A DNA stretch of 58,904 bases from a virus (lineage: Duplodnaviria; Caudoviricetes). Below, piece by piece: positions 17,432 to 26,744 of this stretch. The translations under genes and the position numbers were made by a program. The stretch covers positions 1-58,904 of the IMG/VR virus record IMGVR_UViG_3300034056_000017; one strand, written 5' to 3'. How positions within the stretch are numbered: position 1 is the stretch's first letter; every line of letters starts with the position of its first letter. The notes under the pieces were generated by a model. The model ran no database searches. It saw nothing but the letters and a program-made list of their open reading frames with translations, and had not been told where the DNA came from.

Positions 17432-18313
17432 TCAGAACCCTTCAGGAAGGTATCCGTACTTTTGCTTGAAAGCCGCGGCGAGCTTGGGGTCCGCCTTCAA
17501 AGCAGCAACCGCTGCAGGAGGCGCGGACACCGTCGTACCCTCAGACTGTGGCGCCTTGGCAATCGGCTTACCACCGGTGAAGGCGCTCGATGCCCACGGG
17601 GACTGTATCATACCTTCGGCGGGAGTGTCATCAGCGGGTTTCGCCCCACCCCTGGTAGCGCGCAACCGCTCAAGGCCTTTGCGCAGCTCGTCGGCCGCGG
17701 CCTTCTGATCGGGAGTAAGTCGCCCGTCCTCACCCTTGAGGATCTTGGAAAGCTCCATGATCATCTCGGCTTCTTTGTTCAAGGTGAACCGGTCTTCCTT
17801 GGTGGTGGCACCATCGGCGCCAGACTTTGCTGCCTTGTAATCGGCTGCCAGTTTCGCCTTGAACTCGGCCAGCTCTTCACGGTTCATCTGATCGAGCTTC
17901 TTCAGCTCCACAGCCTGTGCGTGGTCCTTCTCATCCTTCGTCTCGGCGGTGGACTTGACGATCGGGTCGGGTCTGTTGACCGGGCCGGCGACCGCGTCCT
18001 TCTCAGCGGCGATCTCCTTGTTGGTCTTGAGAGCGCCCTCAATCTCGCCCACGGTGCTGATCTGACCATCGACTGTGTAGTCCTTGGAGAGGGCCGCAAG
18101 TCTGATCGCCTCCTTCTTGTCCTCAAGTGACGCCAGATACTCGCGCTGCTCGTCCCGGTCAGCGATCTGCTGCGTCCGGCTCTCAGCCTTCTCCGAGGCA
18201 CGCAGCTCCATGGCGCGCCTGGTGGCAGCGTCCTCACGGATGCCGGTGGCGTAGTTGTTGGCCATCGAGATCAGGCCAGCTGCCAAGATGTTCTTATTGA
18301 ACCCGCCCATCAC
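17432..18313 (-). CDS. Putative ejection (internal virion) protein
   Basis: Helical A/K/E-rich; C-term PPAAVAALKADPKLAAAFKQKYG; precedes the giant protein. Confidence 0.65.
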   Translation of the reverse strand: MMGGFNKNILAAGLISMANNYATGIREDAATRRAMELRASEKAESRTQQIADRDEQREYLASLEDKKEAIRLAALSKDYTVDGQISTVGEIEGALKTNKEIAAEKDAVAGPVNRPDPIVKSTAETKDEKDHAQAVELKKLDQMNREELAEFKAKLAADYKAAKSGADGATTKEDRFTLNKEAEMIMELSKILKGEDGRLTPDQKAAADELRKGLERLRATRGGAKPADDTPAEGMIQSPWASSAFTGGKPIAKAPQSEGTTVSAPPAAVAALKADPKLAAAFKQKYGYLPEGF

Positions 18314-18903
18314 GCACCCCCTGCGGCGATCATGCCCTTCTTCTTGTCAGGTTGACCGACAGCGGTCGAGATGCTGCCCTTGCCCTGGTTGTACCGCTTG
18401 GCAATGTCCTGGGTCTTCTTGGCGCCAGCCAGGATCTCGGTGCGCTCCTTCGGCGGCAGCTTGCGCAGGTCCGCCTGGATCTGCACCTGCAGCGCCTTCG
18501 GGTTGATCCTGCCGGCCTTGGTCTCCGCCTTGATGTAGTCCTGCGCCGCGACCGAGGTGGCCAGCAGCTGCAGCTCCTCGTTCAGCTTGAAGAGCTTGGC
18601 GGCCTCGGCATACTCGGCAATCGACTTGATGACCTCATGCCCGGCGAAGATCCGCACGCTGTCCTGCAGCTCCTGACCCGCCGAGCGGATCGCACTGTCG
18701 ACACGCTGCATGACCATGACCGCGACGTTGGCCGTGCTCTGCACCGGGTCGACGCCGGTCTTGAGCATCTCCAGCACCTGGTCGCGCGTCTCCGGGGAGA
18801 AGATGACCTTGGTCGCCTTGGCGACGTAGCGGGTGAAGTCCCTCTGCAGGCTCTCTTTATCAGTGCCCGTCTGCTTCAACGGGACGATCGGTGCTGGTGC
18901 CAT
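18310..18903 (-). CDS. Hypothetical virion-module protein
   Basis: 197 aa, coupled in the late operon. Confidence 0.65.
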   Translation of the reverse strand: MAPAPIVPLKQTGTDKESLQRDFTRYVAKATKVIFSPETRDQVLEMLKTGVDPVQSTANVAVMVMQRVDSAIRSAGQELQDSVRIFAGHEVIKSIAEYAEAAKLFKLNEELQLLATSVAAQDYIKAETKAGRINPKALQVQIQADLRKLPPKERTEILAGAKKTQDIAKRYNQGKGSISTAVGQPDKKKGMIAAGGA

Positions 18904-18912
18904 GGTCGTCTC

Positions 18913-19656
18913 CTATGCCGCGTAGCTGCGGTAATCGGTCATGCTGCTGGCGCCGCCACTGCCGGGGATTGCGGTCGACTGTTTGGTGACCACCCCGGCA
19001 GCGTTCGGCGTGGCGGTCTCGGTGGCGAGCGTCGGCATCTTGGACAGGTCGCGCATGTCGCCGGTGAAGTTGTTGGAACCGGTCAACGCGAGAGGGCCGG
19101 ACAGGATCGCATCGTTGACGGTCGGCGTCTCCGGCGTCTCCGGACCTTCCTCGCCACCCAGTGCCGAGGCGGCCAGGGTGCCCACGCCCTGGATCAGGGC
19201 AGAGCTGCTGCGGTCACCGAGGCCGAGGATGCCTTCCTCGCCGCCGGTTGTCGGCGCCTTGGTCCCGATCTCTTTGACGACCGACCCGGTATTGGCACCG
19301 TTTGCTGCGGGAACCTGTGCGTCAGCCCCGGCCAACTTGGTACTGGTGCTCACTGTCTGTTGAGCAGGTGTGGCCGTGGCAGGCACTGTCGTAGACGCTG
19401 TCGCAGGTCCGGTCAGCAGCCCTCCACCGGCTGCAGCGGCCGACAGACCGCCGAGGATGCCACCACCGATTGCACCAGTCAGGCCGCCACGGAGCATCCC
19501 CTTGAGGACGTTCCCACCGGTAACGGCCGCCGATACTCCACCGACCACCGCACCGATAATGGCCCCGTTGACAACCCCGGCAACGATGCCGGCAGCTATC
19601 GAACCTGCCGCCAGATTCATGAAAGCGGCAACAGCCGCACCGATCATAACAGGCAT
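18913..19656 (-). CDS. Putative ejection protein with hydrophobic Gly/Ala-rich N-terminus
   Basis: GAIIGAVVGGVSAAVTGGNVLKG membrane-inserting pattern. Confidence 0.7.
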   Translation of the reverse strand: MPVMIGAAVAAFMNLAAGSIAAGIVAGVVNGAIIGAVVGGVSAAVTGGNVLKGMLRGGLTGAIGGGILGGLSAAAAGGGLLTGPATASTTVPATATPAQQTVSTSTKLAGADAQVPAANGANTGSVVKEIGTKAPTTGGEEGILGLGDRSSSALIQGVGTLAASALGGEEGPETPETPTVNDAILSGPLALTGSNNFTGDMRDLSKMPTLATETATPNAAGVVTKQSTAIPGSGGASSMTDYRSYAA

Positions 19657-19657
19657 C

Positions 19658-20146
19658 TCACACCTCCCGAATGAACACGGTCTCCAGCGGCTTGTAACCG
19701 CGCCGCCGCATGACCACGCTCATTGATTCATAGTTGTCATCCATCTTGGCGCCGGAGTAGATGACCCCGGCTCGATTACGTTTGGCCCACTGCTCCCAGG
19801 CCGTCAGCAGGTTCAGCGACCTGCGCCCCCGGTGCTCCGGCAGGACGAACCAAAAGACCTGCTGCGCTGCCCTGACACCGCGATTCATGTACATGGGGAG
19901 CAGGAAGCCAGCGATACCGCCGACGATCTCCCCCTCATGCTCCAGCACCATCACCACTCCATCGTGTCGCTCGATCAGCTCCAGGATCGTCTGCTCCAAC
20001 GACGCCTCGTCGTAGGGGAAGTAGCCTGGCAGGATCGTGTGATCGAAGAACCGGCGACCCTTGATCGCCATCTCCTCGGCCTCCTCAGGCAGCGCCAGGC
20101 GCACGCCGCGCGGGAGACCCATCACCGATGCGAGGTCGGAGATCAA
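19658..20146 (-). CDS. GNAT-family acetyltransferase
   Basis: EGEIVGGIAG...QVFWFVLPEHRGRRSLNLL...RRGY GNAT motifs. Confidence 0.8.
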   Translation of the reverse strand: MISDLASVMGLPRGVRLALPEEAEEMAIKGRRFFDHTILPGYFPYDEASLEQTILELIERHDGVVMVLEHEGEIVGGIAGFLLPMYMNRGVRAAQQVFWFVLPEHRGRRSLNLLTAWEQWAKRNRAGVIYSGAKMDDNYESMSVVMRRRGYKPLETVFIREV

Positions 20147-21486
20147 CCCTCACCCCCGCCGACGGTCCTTGCAGCCGCCGCTGCCGCTTCCTCTGCGGCC
20201 TTCGCATCGAGGTCAGCCTGCGACCCGGGGAACGCATTGGCGCTGTTGTTCTGCTGCGTCCCGGCGGCGAACTGATCATTGACCCACGCCACATCGAGCT
20301 GGTAGATGGCGGCCACGGTGTTCAGGCTCGCCTTGAAGTTGGAGGTCAGGTTGTTGGCGATCGCCTGCCGCACACCCTCGCCCTTGAGCGACGTGTCGCG
20401 CTGAATGTTGTTCAGCTGCTCCTGGTAGGTGTTGGTCAGGTTGCTGACCGTCGTGCCCAGCTCGGCGCGCGTCTGCGCCGTCAGCTTGGTCGTGTCGAAG
20501 TTGATCCCCTGCTGCTTGAAGTAGGAGTCGATGTGCTGATCTTCCATGACGATGTTGCCGTTGGCGTCCTTGACGACTTCGCCGTTCGCATCGCGCTTCG
20601 GCAGCGTGGTGTAGTTCAGCGCCTTGGTGGCGTCGATCTCCATCTGCGTGGTCTTGATCCGGTTCGCCAGCTCGTCAGCCAGGCGCTTGTCACCGTTGGC
20701 CAGCGCCTCGGCTTCCATCTGACGGTCGATCCGCAGCTTGGTCGTCAGCTGCGCCATGGCATTGGCGGCCTCCTGCTCCCCGAGGGCGATGTTGCCGGCG
20801 ATGTTCTGCTGGTTCAGCGCCTTCTGCGAGCTGAACGCGTTCATGGCCGAGGCGGTGTCGAGCTTGGCCTTCTGCATGGCCTCCTGCGCCGACATGCCGG
20901 ACTCGCTGTACGTCTTGGCATCCTGCTGCGCGATCGGCAAGGAGGCGTCGATGGCGGCGCGCTGGCCGGCACCAATCGCGATGGAGCTGTTCACCAGGCC
21001 ACGCCCGGCAGCCTTGCCGATGGCCCGGTTGGTGGCCGACTGCATGAACTTGCCGTTCTCGTCGGCCAGCTGACCCATCTGCCAGGCGACCCGCTCCGGG
21101 TCGGTGATGTCGCGCGGTCCCTGCTTGATGTCAGCCGTGACGAAGCTGGCGTTGACATCGTCCGCGTTCCAGCCGCCCGGGTCGGTCCACTCAGCCTTGT
21201 CGCCGGTCACAGAGTAGTCGACCGTCTCGGTCGCACCAGGCTGCTGCCCCGCGGCCGTGTCGATCAACCCTCCGCCCCCGCCGCCGGAGAGCTGCTGCGC
21301 TCCGCCACCGTTGACGACGTTGCGTGCCGTGCTGACCATCCCGTTGTTGCCGCCGGGAAGGATACCGTAACCCACGGTGCCGTCGGCGCGGGTGGTCGCC
21401 ACCATGTCGCCAGCCTGGGCGTAACCAGGGACAGGCTGCTTGGTGACCGGGTCGACTTTCGTATGAACGCCGGATGTGTCCGCCAT
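20143..21486 (-). CDS. Putative ejection/internal virion protein
   Basis: Q/N/A-rich helical protein; RGLVNSSIAIGAGQRAAIDASLPIAQQDA motif. Confidence 0.65.
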   Translation of the reverse strand: MADTSGVHTKVDPVTKQPVPGYAQAGDMVATTRADGTVGYGILPGGNNGMVSTARNVVNGGGAQQLSGGGGGGLIDTAAGQQPGATETVDYSVTGDKAEWTDPGGWNADDVNASFVTADIKQGPRDITDPERVAWQMGQLADENGKFMQSATNRAIGKAAGRGLVNSSIAIGAGQRAAIDASLPIAQQDAKTYSESGMSAQEAMQKAKLDTASAMNAFSSQKALNQQNIAGNIALGEQEAANAMAQLTTKLRIDRQMEAEALANGDKRLADELANRIKTTQMEIDATKALNYTTLPKRDANGEVVKDANGNIVMEDQHIDSYFKQQGINFDTTKLTAQTRAELGTTVSNLTNTYQEQLNNIQRDTSLKGEGVRQAIANNLTSNFKASLNTVAAIYQLDVAWVNDQFAAGTQQNNSANAFPGSQADLDAKAAEEAAAAAARTVGGGEG

Positions 21487-21490
21487 GTCT

Positions 21491-23614
21491 CTACCTCATC
21501 AGGCGGCGCTGCGAGTAATGCAGCAGCACGCTGTTAATGGTGAAGTCGCCAACGATGTCCGAGCTGCCGTAGAAGATCAGGCTGATGTTCTCCCCGGTGC
21601 CGTCCAGCTCGCACTCGATCGGGCTGGTGCTGGACAGGTCATAGAAGAACTGGTCCCAGGTCAGGTTGCCGTCCCAGCGACCGTCCTGCAGGTACGCACC
21701 GTAATCGCTCCAGGGCGCCGTCATCTGCCACTGACCGCCACTGATGAAGTCGGCGTAGTTCAGGTTGACCGGCTGGCTGTACTCGTCGGAAGCATACCCC
21801 AGAACGTGGTTGAAATAAAACTCGGAATAGATGCCGGCCTCGGAGTAGACCTCGACGGCGGCCTTGCGGTAACGCTTCTTGACGCGCGGCGATCCCTGCG
21901 AGGCGTAGACCAGCTGCATCATGTAGTCGATCTCGGTGCCGTCGAAGCTGGTGCCCTTGTCAAGCTGGTAGACGAAGCCGTCCGACGCACCGACGTACAT
22001 GACGTCGACGCCGGCGCTCTTCCCCTCGTAGGCGCAGTTGACAACCATCGGGGTGAACACGGGCATGCAGCCCAGCAGCTTGTTATTGACCAGGGTGATG
22101 TAGAGCGCGTAGCCGTCACTGTAGAACACCCGGTATTGACTCTTGCGGCGCGACACCGTGGAGGCGGTGGCCCTGCCGATCTTGCCGTTGATGAACGGCA
22201 GGATCTTGCTGGTCAGCATGGTCGACGAGAAGTTGCCGAAGTCCTGTGCCGCGCGCAGGCTTGACGCTCCGCGGTCGTCGTACATCAGGGTCATCGACAG
22301 ATTCTGGATGGTGTAGGCCACGGCCCCGGTGCCGGTGTTGAACTGGACGAAGTTGAGGTCGCTCACGTCGTTGCCGTAGAGAATGCCGGTGTTGTCGCGG
22401 GAGGTGACCCCCAGCGTGCCGCCGGTCTCAGTGCCAGGCATGACCTTGATCCCGGTGATCGTGTCGCCGGTGGGGATCTCCCAGACGTCAGCGACACTGG
22501 CGTCCCAGTAGAACGGATCGCCAGGCATCGAGCCCATCAGCGACGAGCCCAGCGTCAGCACCAGGAAGGTCTTGAAGCAGGCGATGTGCGACGGCGTGTC
22601 GGTGGTCGCTCCGGTCGCGATCGGCGTCAGGATGGTGCCGTCGAACTCGAACGCCTTACCCACGCCGTTGACCCCATAGAGCCGCTTGGTGATCGACTGC
22701 CCGTAGAAGTTGTACTCGACAAACTCGTAGACGCCTGCCGGCGGCAGAGTGATGTCGGTCTGCACGCCACCCAGAGTGACGCTGCCGCCCGGGAAGGTGG
22801 CCGCCCCAGCTGCGAAGCTGCCGCCAGCCAGGGTGTCAATGACGAAGATGCCGACCGCTGTGTGCGCGCCGTTCCAGACACCGGTCCTGGTGGCCACACG
22901 CTTGATCACGGCGGTCACGCCGCCCTGCGTCAGGGTGAGCCCCTCAGCTGGAGGCAGCTCACTGGTGCCGTTGTTGCCAACGGTGAAGGCCACCTGCTTG
23001 AGCATGGCGACCTCGGACCAGCCGGACGACGTCGACTTGTAGAGCTTCGCCTTGGTCACCGGGGTCGCATCCTCGTCGCGGACAGCGTAGACCACGTCGT
23101 TGAACTCGACCACGCCGCGGATGGCGTTCTTGCCAGGCACTGCAGCAATGTCAGCCCGGAAGATGTCGGCCACGGCGTTGCGGAACTGCGCCAGCTCCAG
23201 CGGCGTGCTCGGTCCACCGGAGACGTCGCTCACGGTGCCGACCAGCCCGGCCCCGGTGCTGACCGTCTCCGTGGTGGCGTAGGTGCCCGTGATCTGGCAC
23301 ACAACCATCCGGGTGCCGTCGACGTAGGCGACAGTACCGGTGGCGCCACCGCTCGCCGTGAGCGTGTCACCGATGACAGGCACGGTGGTGACGGTGGCGA
23401 CCTCGATGATCTGGAAGATGACGGAGTTGTCGGTCGGACTCGGCTGCCCGTCGAACCGCTCGTAGCCGGCGATCCGATTGTAGCCGCCGTTGACGCCACA
23501 CTCGAAGTTGAGCGACTGGCGACAGACGCCGCCGGCCAGCGACAGCGTCGGGGTGACCTGGTCCATGCCATCCTTGCAGACGATGATCTCGGTCTGTACG
23601 GACGGCAGGTTCAT
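21491..23614 (-). CDS. Tail nozzle / DNA stabilisation protein (tail tubular B-like)
   Basis: 707 aa beta-propeller-like; follows the adaptor; podovirus gene order. Confidence 0.7.
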   Translation of the reverse strand: MNLPSVQTEIIVCKDGMDQVTPTLSLAGGVCRQSLNFECGVNGGYNRIAGYERFDGQPSPTDNSVIFQIIEVATVTTVPVIGDTLTASGGATGTVAYVDGTRMVVCQITGTYATTETVSTGAGLVGTVSDVSGGPSTPLELAQFRNAVADIFRADIAAVPGKNAIRGVVEFNDVVYAVRDEDATPVTKAKLYKSTSSGWSEVAMLKQVAFTVGNNGTSELPPAEGLTLTQGGVTAVIKRVATRTGVWNGAHTAVGIFVIDTLAGGSFAAGAATFPGGSVTLGGVQTDITLPPAGVYEFVEYNFYGQSITKRLYGVNGVGKAFEFDGTILTPIATGATTDTPSHIACFKTFLVLTLGSSLMGSMPGDPFYWDASVADVWEIPTGDTITGIKVMPGTETGGTLGVTSRDNTGILYGNDVSDLNFVQFNTGTGAVAYTIQNLSMTLMYDDRGASSLRAAQDFGNFSSTMLTSKILPFINGKIGRATASTVSRRKSQYRVFYSDGYALYITLVNNKLLGCMPVFTPMVVNCAYEGKSAGVDVMYVGASDGFVYQLDKGTSFDGTEIDYMMQLVYASQGSPRVKKRYRKAAVEVYSEAGIYSEFYFNHVLGYASDEYSQPVNLNYADFISGGQWQMTAPWSDYGAYLQDGRWDGNLTWDQFFYDLSSTSPIECELDGTGENISLIFYGSSDIVGDFTINSVLLHYSQRRLMR

Positions 23615-24303
23615 ATCATGCTGCTCCCACGCTGGACAGGCGGCGTATGTTCGAACAACATCCTGGTGAGGAACTTACTGTAGCCGGACTTGCCGATCTC
23701 GATCTGCTCCTGCGCGACTTCGAAGAGCCCGTACTTGACCATGGCCCCGTAGACGACGACCAGGTGATGCTTGCTCGGGAAGATCGGCTCGTCGGCGTCA
23801 GCACTCAGCTCATGCGGCGAGCGGAAGTATTCGGCCACGATGGTGTAGTCGTCGTTGGGGATCGGCCAGAACATGAGCGCCTTGTCGGCCGGGCGGATGG
23901 TCATGTAGAGAGGCCGCCCCTGCACCGAGCGTTGCGTGCTGTACAGGTAGCGGTCCCGGAAGTCAGAGTAATCCATATACTGCGGCAGCATGATCTCGTT
24001 GCCGACGCCAGCCGAGGTCAGGTAGCCGCGGAACGAGTCGAACCGCCAGTTGCCGAAGTCGGAAACATCGATGTCCAGCCCGGTGCCTACCGTGTAGGCT
24101 TGCTGGGCTGCGACCGTGCTGAAGGTCTTGTCCTTCCGCATGAAGTCCCAGTCGTGGCGCTCGAGCTGGACATCGACGTAAGCCTGTGCGATCCAGTCCT
24201 TCAGACGCTTCTGTTCCTTGACCAGTCCGACGACAGTCGTAATGTCGGCACCAGAGATGCCGCATTCTTGCTTCAGTCGGTTAACCAACTGCAGAAACGT
24301 CAT
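23611..24303 (-). CDS. Head-tail adaptor (tail tubular A-like)
   Basis: Start MTFLQLVNRL at 24303; WDFMR and FWPIPNDDYTI...DEPIFP motifs. Confidence 0.75.
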   Translation of the reverse strand: MTFLQLVNRLKQECGISGADITTVVGLVKEQKRLKDWIAQAYVDVQLERHDWDFMRKDKTFSTVAAQQAYTVGTGLDIDVSDFGNWRFDSFRGYLTSAGVGNEIMLPQYMDYSDFRDRYLYSTQRSVQGRPLYMTIRPADKALMFWPIPNDDYTIVAEYFRSPHELSADADEPIFPSKHHLVVVYGAMVKYGLFEVAQEQIEIGKSGYSKFLTRMLFEHTPPVQRGSSMI

Positions 24304-25022
24304 GATGTGACTCCTCGCTTTTTCAAACCAAGCGCCTCTTCCAATGACCAACCGCGCGACAGTCTCCAAGATAGTGTTACTTTGTTGACCCCGTACTTTT
24401 CAGCCAATTGCGTCTGGTTCATTACAACACCATCAAACGTGAGAAGGTTCTGGACAGATCGTGCTTTATGTGACATTGGCACGTCCCGGTAAATTCGCTG
24501 CCTCACAATATCTTCTGTCAAACTGTACTTCACAGCAAGCTCTTTTACAGATAGACCTTCCAGCACCATCGTACAACGTTTGTTATCGTTTTGCCTGCTC
24601 TTCGGTAACCATGTACAGTTCTCTTTCGAGTAGCCACCGTTGACGTCCAACCGCTCAATCGTCATGCCCTCATCTGGTTCCCCCATGTCCTCATAAAACA
24701 ATGTGACGTCGTGCCACCTGTCACAAACTTTTATGCCCCGCCCTCCGTAATGATGATAGTTCCTGTCCCTCGGATTCCCGCACCTAGACATCATGTTGCG
24801 CCAAACTCCGTAACATCTAAGATGCGAAATGCTGTGAGTTCTTGCACCAATTCTGACACATCCGCAAGAGTGCTGCCTTTTTACATTCGCCCCGTTTATG
24901 ACAGTCATTCTTCCACATTCACACAAACAGCGCCAGCAAGCTCTCCCGCGAATGTCACTTCCCGCTCGTTCAACGATTGTGAGCATCCCGTAAACCTGAC
25001 CGATGAGATCTGAGGTAGCCAT
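24300..25022 (-). CDS. Free-standing HNH-type homing endonuclease
   Basis: DLIGQVYGMLTIV...WRCLCECG, YGGRGIKVCDRW, TIERLDVNGGYSKENCTW, C-terminal HTH repeats; lower GC; AAGGAG RBS. Confidence 0.85.
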   Translation of the reverse strand: MATSDLIGQVYGMLTIVERAGSDIRGRACWRCLCECGRMTVINGANVKRQHSCGCVRIGARTHSISHLRCYGVWRNMMSRCGNPRDRNYHHYGGRGIKVCDRWHDVTLFYEDMGEPDEGMTIERLDVNGGYSKENCTWLPKSRQNDNKRCTMVLEGLSVKELAVKYSLTEDIVRQRIYRDVPMSHKARSVQNLLTFDGVVMNQTQLAEKYGVNKVTLSWRLSRGWSLEEALGLKKRGVTS

Positions 25023-25051
25023 GGTGCGTCTCCTTTTATTGGAATTGCACC

Positions 25052-25080
25052 ATTGTATCGTATCTGTAACGGTCAGTCCA
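25052..25080 (-). promoter_or_regulatory. Candidate sigma70 promoter for the HNH gene
   Basis: TGGACT-N17-TACAAT on the minus strand. Confidence 0.5.
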
Positions 25081-25081
25081 C

Positions 25082-25540
25082 TCAAATCACATCGGCCATT
25101 CTCTGGCGTAACCACTCCGCACCCTTGGGGTTGCTGTCCTTGAGCACGCTGAACGGATACTTGTGGGCACTGTGCTGCCGAATGGCGCGAGCACGTTCGC
25201 CACCGTTGTTGATGTACTCAGGAGTCGTCACGCGACCGGTTTTAACGATCAGGCTGTCGACGAACTTGCGCTTGGCGATGGTGGGTTGACCACGGAAGAA
25301 GGCTTTGAACACGCCGTTGTTGCCAACGATGACCGGGTTCTCCGCGTTCTCGTCGGAGGTTTCGTGGACCAGGATCTCGATCGGCTCCTCCATGAATGCG
25401 AGGGTGCTGACGTAGTCAGTTTCGAGAGGTCTGTCAACCGGTTCAAACTGGTTGGCGGCGGTAGGGATACCGTCACCGAGGCGGATGTCCGGGGCTTGGC
25501 CGACGGGCATGTCCGTAGTCAGAACGTCTTTCCTTGCCAT
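25082..25540 (-). CDS. Conserved phage head-module protein
   Basis: 152 aa; RBS present; LAFMEEPIEI...YPFSVLKDSNPKG motif. Confidence 0.7.
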   Translation of the reverse strand: MARKDVLTTDMPVGQAPDIRLGDGIPTAANQFEPVDRPLETDYVSTLAFMEEPIEILVHETSDENAENPVIVGNNGVFKAFFRGQPTIAKRKFVDSLIVKTGRVTTPEYINNGGERARAIRQHSAHKYPFSVLKDSNPKGAEWLRQRMADVI

Positions 25541-25561
25541 CTGATTGATCTCCTTGGTTGG

Positions 25562-25593
25562 GGCGCCAGGACGGGGTTAGCCGCCCTGGCGCC
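25562..25593 (-). other. Intergenic GC-rich hairpin (loop CTAACC)
   Basis: 13-bp stem with one G-U pair on the minus strand; no U-tract. Confidence 0.55.
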
Positions 25594-25602
25594 GGTTGAG
25601 AG

Positions 25603-26112
25603 TTAGGCCACCTGCGGACGGGACGGCAAGAAGCCGATCGCCTGGGTCGCATGGACGGTGCTGCCGGTGTTCCAGTTGGTGGTGCCGATGACGAACGCCG
25701 AGCCACTGTAGTTGATGTGGGTCGTGTAGGTGACCGGGCAGATCCCTTCAGGGATCGACGGGAACCGGGGAGCGCGGGAGAATGCGTTGCTGGAGTCCAG
25801 CGCCACGGTCTCGCCGCGGTAGATGCTCACGGTGCCGGCAGCGTTGACGCCCCAGACGACGACCGTGCCGTAGCCGGTGGCCAGGGACAGTCCCGCGGTG
25901 GTGCCGTTCTCCAGGACAGCGCCGGCGGAGTCGGTGGTCGGGGTGGTTTCACCGGTGGCAGCGGCCTTGAGATATGCCTTGCCGTTGATGAAGTACTGGA
26001 TGTCCCCGACAGAGTAGGTGGTCGCGGCGCCACTGATGGCGTACACGCCCGGCTTGCTCGGGGTGATGGAGACCGCGAGGGTCGAGGAAACTTCTTGGCC
26101 GATGGATGCCAT
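25603..26112 (-). CDS. Putative capsid decoration/minor head protein
   Basis: T/A/G-rich 169 aa downstream of the MCP. Confidence 0.6.
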   Translation of the reverse strand: MASIGQEVSSTLAVSITPSKPGVYAISGAATTYSVGDIQYFINGKAYLKAAATGETTPTTDSAGAVLENGTTAGLSLATGYGTVVVWGVNAAGTVSIYRGETVALDSSNAFSRAPRFPSIPEGICPVTYTTHINYSGSAFVIGTTNWNTGSTVHATQAIGFLPSRPQVA

Positions 26113-26133
26113 GGTCGTTATCTCCTTATCAGG

Positions 26134-26688
26134 TTAGTTAGCAGTGATCGACAGCCCCGGACGCCACGGCCCGGTGATGTTGATGTAGGCGACAGTCAGG
26201 TTGACGGCGTCAAGGTCGGTCGTGGTCGCGTCGAACAGACCACCCGTCCCGTTGGCGATCAGCACGGCACCGATGACCACGCTGTTCTCGGGGATGGTCG
26301 GCGGCACGATGGCAGCCACACCGGAGGCGGTCAGCGCCGCGGTGCCCATGCGCACGGTCACGGTCCCGGCGGCGACGGCCGTCAGGAAGTAGATGTTGCT
26401 GTAGGTGTCCGCGATGTCGTGCGTGGTCGCGGTGAAGTCGACCTCGGCTGCGGCCACCTTGACCAGCACGCCGTTGATCGACCCGTAGACATCGGAAGCG
26501 ATCTTGATCTTCTTCTTGGATCCGGTCCCGATGGCCAGGCCGCCGGAGTTGAAGGTGCCGTTGGTCGTCGCTTCGATGACCTCACCGAAGAACTCCTCGT
26601 ACTTCTCGAGGACGGCCTGCATCAGCGAACCGTCGCGACGATCGGCCAACGCATTGAGGTGCTGCTTGAGATTCTTCAAAATTGCCAT
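26134..26688 (-). CDS. Putative capsid decoration/minor head protein
   Basis: 184 aa directly after the MCP; resembles the downstream gene (YGSING vs YFING; PTIPE vs PSIPE). Confidence 0.6.
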   Translation of the reverse strand: MAILKNLKQHLNALADRRDGSLMQAVLEKYEEFFGEVIEATTNGTFNSGGLAIGTGSKKKIKIASDVYGSINGVLVKVAAAEVDFTATTHDIADTYSNIYFLTAVAAGTVTVRMGTAALTASGVAAIVPPTIPENSVVIGAVLIANGTGGLFDATTTDLDAVNLTVAYINITGPWRPGLSITAN

Positions 26689-26708
26689 GAGACTTCTCCT
26701 TCGCAGTA

Positions 26709-26729
26709 GGGGGCGGGGTTGCCGCCCCC
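26709..26729 (-). other. Hairpin after the major capsid gene (loop CAACC)
   Basis: GGGGGCGG/CCGCCCCC 8-bp stem; no U-tract. Confidence 0.55.
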
Positions 26730-26744
26730 AGTGCGGGTCAGGTG

